DNA of 40,123 nucleotides. Source: Candidatus Saccharimonadales bacterium. GTDB lineage: Bacteria > Patescibacteriota > Saccharimonadia > Saccharimonadales > Saccharimonadaceae. The DNA is taken from the NCBI GenBank assembly GCA_038213035.1, contig JBBQTT010000001.1, positions 1-40,123 of the forward strand, in the 5' to 3' direction. Shown in pieces: positions 1-7,202 of this stretch. The notes beneath the pieces were generated by a model that made no database searches, was not told the origin of the DNA, and saw only the letters and a program-made list of their open reading frames with translations. Both the position numbers and the translations under genes were made by a program. Within the stretch, counting starts at the first letter, position 1. Each line of letters opens with the position of its first letter.

Positions 1-58
1 TTCGTCATCCGGCTTCCGGCCTTGCGAACTGCCGACGTGGCAGTTCTCACCCGGATTG
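1..58 (-). repeat. tRNA-linked structured core repeat, copy A (continues beyond the window start)
   Basis: The reverse complement of 1-52 is GGGTGAGAACTGCCACGTCGGCAGTTCGCAAGGCCGGAAGCCGGATGACGAA. It aligns with the copies at 279-383, 18642-18745 and 29318-29421. It lies downstream of tRNA-Glu in the same orientation. A perfect 10-bp foldback CCGGATTGAA/TTCAATCCGG (51-74) is built from tRNA-Glu variable-loop and T-stem sequence. Confidence 0.8.
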
Positions 59-96
59 AATAAATTCAATCCGGTTTCAATTCCCGCGGGAGGAGA

Positions 97-138
97 CAAA
101 GAAAAGGCCCCATCCGAAGGATGAGGCTTTTTCTTTGG
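97..138 (-). terminator. Hairpin immediately after tRNA-Glu whose stem includes the encoded CCA
   Basis: The minus strand reads CCAAAGAAAAAGCCTCATCC-TTCG-GATGGGGCCTTTTCTTTG. The outer CCAAAG pairs with CTTTGG-type sequence. The same design follows 5 other tRNAs in the window. Confidence 0.6.
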
Positions 139-210
139 TGATCTCACCGGGAATTGAACCCGGATTGCCAGGATGAAAACCTGGTGTCCTAACCATTAGA
201 CGATGAGACC
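136..210 (-). tRNA. tRNA-Glu (anticodon TTC), CCA encoded
   Basis: Manual cloverleaf, 75 nt. Acceptor GGTCTCA/TGAGATC, D stem GTCT/GGAC, anticodon arm CCAGG-TTTTCAT-CCTGG, T arm CCGGG-TTCAATT-CCCGG, then ACCA. Confidence 0.93.
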
Positions 211-254
211 ATGTGTTTGTGAAATGTACTATACTTCGATTCGCAATCTGTATT

Positions 255-383
255 GTTGCAGGACAGCCCTGGTGTCCTGTCACGATAAATTTTCTCCAAA
301 AATTTTCGCGACCTCGCCTCGCTTGGTTGCGTTCGCAATCCAGGCTCCGGCCTTGCGAACCGCCGACGTGGCGGTTCTCACCA
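255..383 (-). repeat. tRNA-linked structured core repeat, copy B (279-383), joined to a tRNA-Glu anticodon-arm-like fragment (255-278)
   Basis: The reverse complement is TGGTGAGAACCGCCACGTCGGCGGTTCGCAAGGCCGGAGCCTGGATTGCGAACGCAACCAAGCGAGGCGAGGTCGCGAAAATTTTTGGAGAAAATTTATCGTGAC. It is followed by AGGACACCAGGGCTGTCCTGCAA. Compare the tRNA-Glu sequence AGGACACCAGGTTTTCATCCTGGCAA. Confidence 0.8.
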
Positions 384-567
384 TTACGACGATAGACCGC
401 GTGGTGGAATTACCAAACGATTGTAACAAAAACGACTGGTTTTGGCTAGAGGTGATGCATCTTTAATGATTTATTGCGCTTATAATTGACAATTAGTCCA
501 GTATATTATAGATTAATAACATCATTAAGACGCATTTTGGCGACCGGTGGGAGAGGAAATACACGAT

Positions 568-1455
568 ATGACCGAATTACTTGATAAAGTCGAAACAAAG
601 ACTGAAAATAACAACTCTTACAAAAAATACTTACTTGGCGTTATCGCTGTTGCTGCTGCCCTATTTGTTTATCACGAAGTATCAAAAAACAAGCCAACAA
701 CCCCTATTAATCCAGAGTTAGCCCCAAAATGCGCATCAACCTGGGAAATGCCAGGAATCAGCCACAATAACGGTGAATGGATTGCCGGTGGAGTGCCCGA
801 AATCAAAAAAACAGGCGAAAAAACAGATGCTCGGGCTGTTATAACTAATTGGTTTGACCAAATCGACAACGATAACACAACACTTGATTACTTTGCCGAA
901 TCTGTGCATTATGCAGCTGACAAAAATATCGTCACAATTGACAAAAACCAACTAGTTAACAGTGATGGCTGTGCGACTGAAATTGCTGTAAATGAATCTG
1001 ATTACATCAAAAATAAACTTAAATCAGCCGATATTCATTACGGTTTAGCTCCAATAACTGGCAAAAACAGCTTTATTGACATTCGCGGTACAGTCGAAAC
1101 TTCGGCCGTCACTAGCGATCGCGAAGCCATTGTAATTGATTTCCATAACGGTAACGTCCTTTATGTCTTGGGTATCTGTGGCAACGTCGTTACTGTCGAA
1201 AATATTCAGATCATCAAAGAAACTAAAAAAGAAACCACAAAACATGAAACTCATCACGACAAAAAACATAAATTAACAGAGAAAAGCAATAACCCAAGTG
1301 ACTATAAACGACCAGGCACAGATTCGACCAAAGACTCTGGCGATAATATAAAACCAAAAGCAACCATATCAACACCAGCCGAATCAACCCCACCCAAAGT
1401 TGAAGTAAAGCAACCCACAACTCCGAACACCAATAACGGCACCGTAACAGACTAG
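568..1455 (+). CDS. Membrane-anchored, probably extracytoplasmic hypothetical protein; paralog of 2211-3602
   Basis: Long ORF with one N-terminal TM helix. It shares Cys positions (C..TW, DG.CA, CGN.VT) and the tail DY.RPGTD.TKDSG...KPKA..TPA.STPP...NNG(T/V)VTD with the 463-aa ORF. The ATG at 568 is preceded by GGGAGAGG; a GTG at 547 is the alternative start. Confidence 0.75.
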   Translation: MTELLDKVETKTENNNSYKKYLLGVIAVAAALFVYHEVSKNKPTTPINPELAPKCASTWEMPGISHNNGEWIAGGVPEIKKTGEKTDARAVITNWFDQIDNDNTTLDYFAESVHYAADKNIVTIDKNQLVNSDGCATEIAVNESDYIKNKLKSADIHYGLAPITGKNSFIDIRGTVETSAVTSDREAIVIDFHNGNVLYVLGICGNVVTVENIQIIKETKKETTKHETHHDKKHKLTEKSNNPSDYKRPGTDSTKDSGDNIKPKATISTPAESTPPKVEVKQPTTPNTNNGTVTD

Positions 1456-1506
1456 ACCATTAGAATATCGTTATTTGTGTTAATAGTTATAATATGGCGT
1501 TAACCA

Positions 1507-1535
1507 TTGACATTTTGACCATTTTGTGATAGTAT
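1507..1535 (+). promoter_or_regulatory. Sigma70-like promoter (TTGACA, 17 nt spacer, TGaTAGTAT)
   Basis: TTGACA lies at 1507-1512, followed by a 17-nt spacer. An extended -10 (TG at 1527-1528, TAGTAT at 1530-1535) follows. The first annotated ORF downstream is about 160 nt away. Confidence 0.5.
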
Positions 1536-1699
1536 TGGCATATCAGTTATCTTAGGTGTGAGGACCCAAGGTGACGGAGGTAATTTAACAAGTCAGATCA
1601 TTACAGTGCATGTCTATAATGGCATGTAATTGTTAGTTAATAATTATATCTCCCTTTTACACTGAGCTATCATGTTCAGGGTAATAAAGATAAAAGACT

Positions 1700-1891
1700 A
1701 TGGCTAAAATAAAAAATTTAGGAGGTGCTGTTAGTAATTTTTTGAGTCAATTTAGATCAAAAAACAAAACACAGTGCGACAAACCCAGTTCGAAATCCAA
1801 ATCATGCAAACCCAGTCGCAAGACCGATAAACATGATAAGCTTCCGAAAAATGGGAATTGTATTTTTCCTAAAAAGAAATGTATAGATTAA
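1700..1891 (+). CDS. Small Lys-rich, 4-Cys hypothetical peptide (63 aa); uncertain
   Basis: Supported only by the ORF. No clear Shine-Dalgarno, and the composition is low-complexity and basic. Confidence 0.25.
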   Translation: MAKIKNLGGAVSNFLSQFRSKNKTQCDKPSSKSKSCKPSRKTDKHDKLPKNGNCIFPKKKCID

Positions 1892-1964
1892 ATCCTATAC
1901 AGCCTGCTTTCATTTTTAACGAACAAATTAATGTTCGGGATGAATCCAGATAAAAACAAAAATT

Positions 1965-2144
1965 ATGAATCAAAAGAACTTAGAACGTATGTTTATAACA
2001 CTATTTTTTGTTATATATGCAGTTATCGGTTACTTTGTTTATCAAGATTTGATAAAACCAGCCGCCAAAGCTGCATTACAATTTTTTAGCTATTCAAGCA
2101 GCACGTTCCAAGTATTACCAAGTCAGCCTAAGTCACATAAATAA
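1965..2144 (+). CDS. Small single-TM hypothetical protein (59 aa); uncertain
   Basis: Manual translation gives MNQKNLERMFITLFFVIYAVIGYFVYQDLIKPAAK... with one hydrophobic helix. It falls below the 60-aa cutoff of the ORF track. Confidence 0.25.
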   Translation: MNQKNLERMFITLFFVIYAVIGYFVYQDLIKPAAKAALQFFSYSSSTFQVLPSQPKSHK

Positions 2145-2210
2145 CGTTTAAAATTAATCGTTAATTCTTACTGGCCATTTTATGCCCAGCATTATATTAA
2201 CCAAACACGT

Positions 2211-3602
2211 ATGAAGAAGCTACGAAAGCTTCTTAGGGTGCCAGTTAGCGCCTATAAGAATAGAATGGTCGCGATAAAACTATTTATTCGCGGTTACAAA
2301 ACAGAAGCTAAAGCCGTCAGACAACTTGAAAAAGGCCTTTTGGTCTTGGATAGTTCTGGCAAAAACGTATCAGCCGGAATTTCTTGTTACCTTGATTACC
2401 GCAGTGGTAAAAAAGATGGCATCGTTCATTCAATCGACAAGTCAATCAGATTGTCATTGGAAGAAATAGCCAGAGTGACTAGAAAAACCACCAAACAATT
2501 AGATGAGGCCACCCAGGCCGCATTTATCAAAATCCGGAAACCAGCCAGTAAACACCGTGTTAAACGGGTTTTACAAATGGTAGCCGTACCGGTAGCTAGC
2601 GTTGCGACATTTGTTCGCAAACCAGTTAAACCGGTTGTTTGGAAATGGCTAGGACTGGCGTTGATTGTTGTTTTGATATTATGGGCTATTGTTGCTTTGT
2701 TCTCTTCATCGAGAAAAGTGACAGTAGACAATGATGATTCAAATAAAACAATCGTAAATAGTTCAACTTGCGCAACTTGGGTAATGGAACCTATGGTTGC
2801 TGATGATAGTAATAACCGTTGGTTCGCCGACGGGATAGCTGAGATTAGCAATGCAAAAACACCCGAGCAAGCAAAGGCTGCGTTTATCGTCTGGAAAGAT
2901 AAGACCAAGTCACACCACAACCTTTTGGTTGCGGCTGGCCGAGCCTTACTACCAACTGACGAGTCGAAGTTCGATGAGTCAACGATATCTAGTGATGGTA
3001 ATTGTGCGAATAATATAACAATTCAACTTGTTTCACAAATTGAATTGGCCGTTATCGGACAAAGCAAATCCATCAACGTAGTAAACGCACCAACAAACGG
3101 ATACAACACAGGTGTCGAAAATGGCATCGTTGTTGGATCAGCTACCCCTGGGATTAGTGGTGACAGACGCGCAATTCAAATTACATTCCGTGATGGAAGA
3201 AAAGTTTGGATTATGGGTCGATGTGGAAACATTGTTACAACCAAGGAGGTTTTTAAACACCATGGTAAAACAGACGAACACGAACATCACAACAAACCAA
3301 CCCCACCGAAGTTGACACCAAAGTCAGGTAATATTAATGATTACCAACGACCAGGTACCGACAAAACGAAAGATTCAGGATCAGACACCAAGCCAAAAGC
3401 ATCCGTGAATACACCTGCTGATTCGACTCCACCGATTGTATCGACCGTCAAAGTTGGAGGTGGAGGTGTCGTTGACACCCCAACCAACAAACCCGTAAGC
3501 GAAACAGGAGTCACAGCACCAGCGGCTAAACCCGCACCTACTACACCACCAGCACCGAAACCTAATGAAGGTGGAACCAACAATGGTGTAGTTACCGACT
3601 AG
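2211..3602 (+). CDS. Membrane-anchored hypothetical surface protein (cytoplasmic N-terminus, 1 TM, extracytoplasmic domain, Pro/Thr-rich tail); paralog of 568-1455
   Basis: 463-aa ORF with a TM segment WLGLALIVVLILWAIVALF. The conserved Cys pattern and C-terminal tail are shared with the upstream paralog. Confidence 0.8.
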   Translation: MKKLRKLLRVPVSAYKNRMVAIKLFIRGYKTEAKAVRQLEKGLLVLDSSGKNVSAGISCYLDYRSGKKDGIVHSIDKSIRLSLEEIARVTRKTTKQLDEATQAAFIKIRKPASKHRVKRVLQMVAVPVASVATFVRKPVKPVVWKWLGLALIVVLILWAIVALFSSSRKVTVDNDDSNKTIVNSSTCATWVMEPMVADDSNNRWFADGIAEISNAKTPEQAKAAFIVWKDKTKSHHNLLVAAGRALLPTDESKFDESTISSDGNCANNITIQLVSQIELAVIGQSKSINVVNAPTNGYNTGVENGIVVGSATPGISGDRRAIQITFRDGRKVWIMGRCGNIVTTKEVFKHHGKTDEHEHHNKPTPPKLTPKSGNINDYQRPGTDKTKDSGSDTKPKASVNTPADSTPPIVSTVKVGGGGVVDTPTNKPVSETGVTAPAAKPAPTTPPAPKPNEGGTNNGVVTD

Positions 3603-3634
3603 ATATTAAGGATTTTTAATTCTTAATATGGATA

Positions 3635-3664
3635 GTACGCGCAGCCGTTTTTGACTGCGCGTAC
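3635..3664 (+). terminator. Perfect 10-bp GC-rich hairpin after the 2211-3602 CDS
   Basis: GTACGCGCAG-CCGTTTTTGA-CTGCGCGTAC. There is no strong T tract after the stem. Confidence 0.5.
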
Positions 3665-3891
3665 GTCCTCATAGGTCAATTATTAACTGATATTACGTTC
3701 CCTAAGGAATTTTATTCCTGCTTGATTTTTATTAATCGCAGTAGAGTAATCTTTCTGAGCTTTGGCTCGAGATGCACTTGTTGTAATGATCTGATTTGTT
3801 AGTAATTTAACAACTAGCACTAACCATTTATTTGTTTTAAGTAACCTATTTATTAATTTGGCAACTGAAGTTGACCAAGAAAAGGAGAATT

Positions 3892-5088
3892 ATGAAAAAA
3901 TTAAGCGCAATATTCGCGATGATTGCAACTGCAATTATCATACCTGCAACTTTGTTTGCATGGGGACCAAGTCGCCCAACTTACACGATCGCAAATCCTG
4001 CTGATCATGTAACATTTAACTCAATTATCGATAACCCAGCTCAGGGCGATGAACGAAATTTCGTTCAAGTCCGTGACGCTGCCGCAAGTAATACAACTTA
4101 TGCCGATTCAATCAACCTGACAACAGGTCACGAATACGTCGTTTATGTTTATTACCACAACAACGCTGCATCTAATTTAAATGCTAGCGGTGTTGGTATC
4201 GCACACGGTGCATACGTTCAAGCTCAAATCCCTGCAGTCGTTGTTAACGGCAGCACAGATAAAGCTGTTGGATACGTCGGTGCCACTAATGCAAACCCAG
4301 GCGTAGTATGGGATGACATCAGCCTTACCAACAATACTGGTAGCGATGTTGCTTTACGTTACGTTCCAGGTTCTGCAACAATTCACAACTTTGGTGCCAC
4401 AAACGGTGCAGCCATGTCTGACAATATCGTAACTACAGGTGCAAATCTTGGTTATGATTCGTTAAACGGCGACCTACCTGGTTGTAATCAATTTGCTGGT
4501 TACGTAACTTTCCGTATCAAAGCTGATCAACCTAACTTTACAATTTCAAAAGAAGTTCGTATCGCTGGTTCAACAACTTGGTCAAAAAGCGTAGCTGCCA
4601 AAGCTGGCGACAGTCTTGAATACCGTATTCAATATGTCAACAGTGGTACAACCGACCAAAACAATGTTGTTATCAAAGACGTTTTACCTGCTAATATTAG
4701 CTACGTAAAAGGTTCGACAACAATTAAAAATGCAAGCAACCCAACTGGCAAAACAATTAGCGATAACCTTACCCTTAGTGGTATCAACATCGGTAATTAC
4801 ACCGCTGGATCAAATGCATTTGTGAAGTTTACTGCTAAAGTTGCAGCTGTTAATGCCCTAGTTTGTGGCACAAACACTATGACTAACACAGCAGAAGCCC
4901 AAACAAATAATGGTTCAAAACAGGATTCAGCAGTTGTCGTTGTTACAAAACAATGTCAATCTGTTCCTGAGCTTCCTCACACTGGTGCTAGTGAAAACAT
5001 CGCGGCGTTTATTGGCCTTGGTTTTATGACAACAGCTGCAGGTTATTACCTTGCTAGCCGTCGTGCAGCCACAATAATCCGCCGTTAA
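3892..5088 (+). CDS. LPXTG-type (LPHTG) cell-wall-anchored surface protein with a DUF11-like repeat domain
   Basis: AAGGAG lies 6 nt before the ATG at 3892. Signal peptide MKKLSAIFAMIATAIIIPATLFA. The C-terminus is LPHTG, then a hydrophobic segment, then RRAATIIRR. The internal segment KAGDSLEYRIQYVNSGTTDQNNVVIKDVLP resembles DUF11. Confidence 0.88.
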   Translation: MKKLSAIFAMIATAIIIPATLFAWGPSRPTYTIANPADHVTFNSIIDNPAQGDERNFVQVRDAAASNTTYADSINLTTGHEYVVYVYYHNNAASNLNASGVGIAHGAYVQAQIPAVVVNGSTDKAVGYVGATNANPGVVWDDISLTNNTGSDVALRYVPGSATIHNFGATNGAAMSDNIVTTGANLGYDSLNGDLPGCNQFAGYVTFRIKADQPNFTISKEVRIAGSTTWSKSVAAKAGDSLEYRIQYVNSGTTDQNNVVIKDVLPANISYVKGSTTIKNASNPTGKTISDNLTLSGINIGNYTAGSNAFVKFTAKVAAVNALVCGTNTMTNTAEAQTNNGSKQDSAVVVVTKQCQSVPELPHTGASENIAAFIGLGFMTTAAGYYLASRRAATIIRR

Positions 5089-5133
5089 TCCGGAGTCTGA
5101 CCGCTCAAATTCTGAAGCGATTCAGACCCATAA

Positions 5134-5165
5134 CTGCCCCTGCTGTAAAGCTGGGGCAGTTTTTG
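5134..5165 (+). terminator. Intrinsic terminator
   Basis: CTGCCCC-TGCTGTAAAGCT-GGGGCAG followed by TTTTTG. Confidence 0.75.
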
Positions 5166-5181
5166 TTATACTAATAACAAT

Positions 5182-5403
5182 ATGGCAAAAAATAAGAAAA
5201 AACGAAACAAAGTTTATGCTGGCGTTGATGCCGCTATTACTAAACCGGTGATTACTCGTATATCAGCTGTAAATCGATCAAAGCCAGCTCAGTGGTGGTT
5301 CGAACATAAAACTGCCGCAAAACCAATTTTAATTACCGCTGGTATTATTGTTTTTGTGATTTTGATAGTTATCGAAATAGTTCGAATCGCAACCGGCGCC
5401 TAA
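5182..5403 (+). CDS. Small basic protein with a C-terminal TM helix; possibly leaderless
   Basis: 73-aa ORF. An extended -10 TGtTATACT (5164-5172) ends only 9 nt before the ATG, and there is no SD. This suggests a leaderless or near-leaderless mRNA. Confidence 0.55.
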   Translation: MAKNKKKRNKVYAGVDAAITKPVITRISAVNRSKPAQWWFEHKTAAKPILITAGIIVFVILIVIEIVRIATGA

Positions 5404-5409
5404 ATTTAA

Positions 5410-6774
5410 TTATTTAATTGGCAGACTAAACCCGAACGTACTACCCTTGCCTTGCACTGATTCAAAAATAATCTTGCCACCGTGCGAATCAATAACGGTT
5501 TTTGCCAGATATAAACCGACACCGGTACCATCAGGTCGTTGTTTTTTAGCATTGCTAGCACGATAAAACTTACTGAACAATTGTTCTTGTTCATCTGAAG
5601 GTACGCCGATACCTGTATCTTTGACGGTAAATATGACTTTGTTATTTTCAGCCGTCAGACTAATCTGAATTGATGTTTTTTCGTGACTGTAATAAAGTGC
5701 ATTGTCGGCAAAGTTCATAATCACCTGGCGAATTTTGCTTTCGTCAATTTCTAACATTGGGAAGTTTTTAGGTCGGCGGTAAACCAATCTTAAACCACGT
5801 GATTTAGCATTTGGTTGCAACCCATCAATTTCCTGCGCAACAACTTGCGATAAATCAGTTGGATGTCTGTCAACGATAAACTTCCCGTTTTGAATCCTAG
5901 AAACATTCAAGAAATCTTCGATTAAATGGACCATGCGTTCACTACTGGCAAATGCTTCATCCAAAAACTGACGTTGCGTTTCGTTAATCTCGCCCGCATC
6001 ACCTTCTAGTACCATGCTAATATAACCTTTGACACTAGTCAGCGGCGTACGTAATTGGTGCGACGCCATGCCAACAAATTCGTCTTTGGCCTTATCTAGT
6101 TGCAGCAAACGAACATTACTTGAACGAAGTTCTTTGGTTGCGTTTTCAATCCTCTGCTGTAAAGTTTCGTTGATGTCACGTACTTCTTTGATTGATAGTG
6201 TATTTTGAATAGCAATCACCAATTCGTCAGAAATTGCACTTAGAACCCGAATATCTCGGACTGTGTATCTGTATTTTTTGTGTCCACCTAAACATAAATA
6301 CCCAACAACGCCTGATTGAACCAGCGGTAATATTAAATCAATTCGATGACTAATCATTAAACGACGAATTGGGTCGTCATGATTCAATAATGTTACTGCA
6401 ATAACGCCGTGCTTTTTCTTGTCAGCATTTTGTAATTGCAAAGCGTCATCCCAAGGTAATTTAGTGTGACGATCAGTACCAGCAATAATGTGATGGCCAT
6501 CAAGTGTGTGAACAAAAAAGAATGCTTGTTGGCTTTTTAACGTTGTCGCTATCTCACCAGCTGCACGCTCAAGTAAACTGCGTAAATCAGTTGTAGTTGT
6601 GAGTGTTCGATTTAACCTGGCGAAAAACTCATCGCTATCATAATCATCTCTGTAAAAAACACTATTAGTTAATCTACCAAAAAACTTTTTGACAGGCTGA
6701 AAAAACATTAAACTGACCAAAACGCCCAGCAAAAAACATCCGACTACCACAATAGAAAGCATGAGCTCAATCAT
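5410..6774 (-). CDS. Sensor histidine kinase (1 TM, GAF-like domain, HisKA, HATPase_c)
   Basis: H-box MASHQLRTPLTSV, and N/G boxes NFADNALYYS, DTGIGV, GTGVGLYL. The central domain is paralogous to the kinase at 7199-9364. Confidence 0.92.
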   Translation of the reverse strand: MIELMLSIVVVGCFLLGVLVSLMFFQPVKKFFGRLTNSVFYRDDYDSDEFFARLNRTLTTTTDLRSLLERAAGEIATTLKSQQAFFFVHTLDGHHIIAGTDRHTKLPWDDALQLQNADKKKHGVIAVTLLNHDDPIRRLMISHRIDLILPLVQSGVVGYLCLGGHKKYRYTVRDIRVLSAISDELVIAIQNTLSIKEVRDINETLQQRIENATKELRSSNVRLLQLDKAKDEFVGMASHQLRTPLTSVKGYISMVLEGDAGEINETQRQFLDEAFASSERMVHLIEDFLNVSRIQNGKFIVDRHPTDLSQVVAQEIDGLQPNAKSRGLRLVYRRPKNFPMLEIDESKIRQVIMNFADNALYYSHEKTSIQISLTAENNKVIFTVKDTGIGVPSDEQEQLFSKFYRASNAKKQRPDGTGVGLYLAKTVIDSHGGKIIFESVQGKGSTFGFSLPIK

Positions 6775-6830
6775 ATCTCTATTCTACCGCGAATACACGA
6801 ATAATAATACGTGATATTATAATAGGTATT

Positions 6831-7202
6831 ATGACCAAAATAGCCATTATCGAAGACGACTCAGTTATCAGCCAAATGTATCGAATGAAATTTGAGGCCG
6901 ACGGCTTTGATGTTCAACTTGCCAATAATGGCAAGCGTGGCGTCGCCTTGGTTGAAGCCTTTTTGCCAGACATTATTTTACTCGATTTACAAATGCCAGA
7001 AATGGATGGTGCCGAAGCACTAGAAATCATCCGCAAAAATGAATGGGGTAAAAATATTCCCGTTATCGTTCTGACTAATCTTGGCGAAGAAGAATCGCCA
7101 AAACAAATTCGCTCACTTGGAATCCACAGTTATATCGTCAAAGCCAATCTGACACCCCGACAAGTCGTCGGACGCGTCAAAGAAGCTTTAAATATAGTCT
7201 AA
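6831..7202 (+). CDS. Stand-alone response regulator receiver (CheY-like, no output domain)
   Basis: 123 aa. It has the EDD acidic pocket, the phospho-acceptor context ILLDLQMPEMDG, LTN, and the conserved Lys in VKA. Confidence 0.92.
   Translation: MTKIAIIEDDSVISQMYRMKFEADGFDVQLANNGKRGVALVEAFLPDIILLDLQMPEMDGAEALEIIRKNEWGKNIPVIVLTNLGEEESPKQIRSLGIHSYIVKANLTPRQVVGRVKEALNIV

Noticed and set aside
77-466. ORFs 77-283(-), 203-466(+) and 213-395(+)
   Set aside because: They run through tRNA-Glu and the structured repeats. Their peptides are not conserved between repeat copies, because hairpin arms change with compensation rather than in a codon-wise way. I treat them as non-coding.
2426-2920. Long antisense ORFs inside clear genes (for example 2426-2920, 7605-7919, 10386-10643, 14223-14609, 27594-27977, 28296-28598, 34762-35166, 38033-38278)
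   Set aside because: Each lies opposite to, or out of frame with, a longer ORF that has recognisable domains. None has an SD or a family signature.
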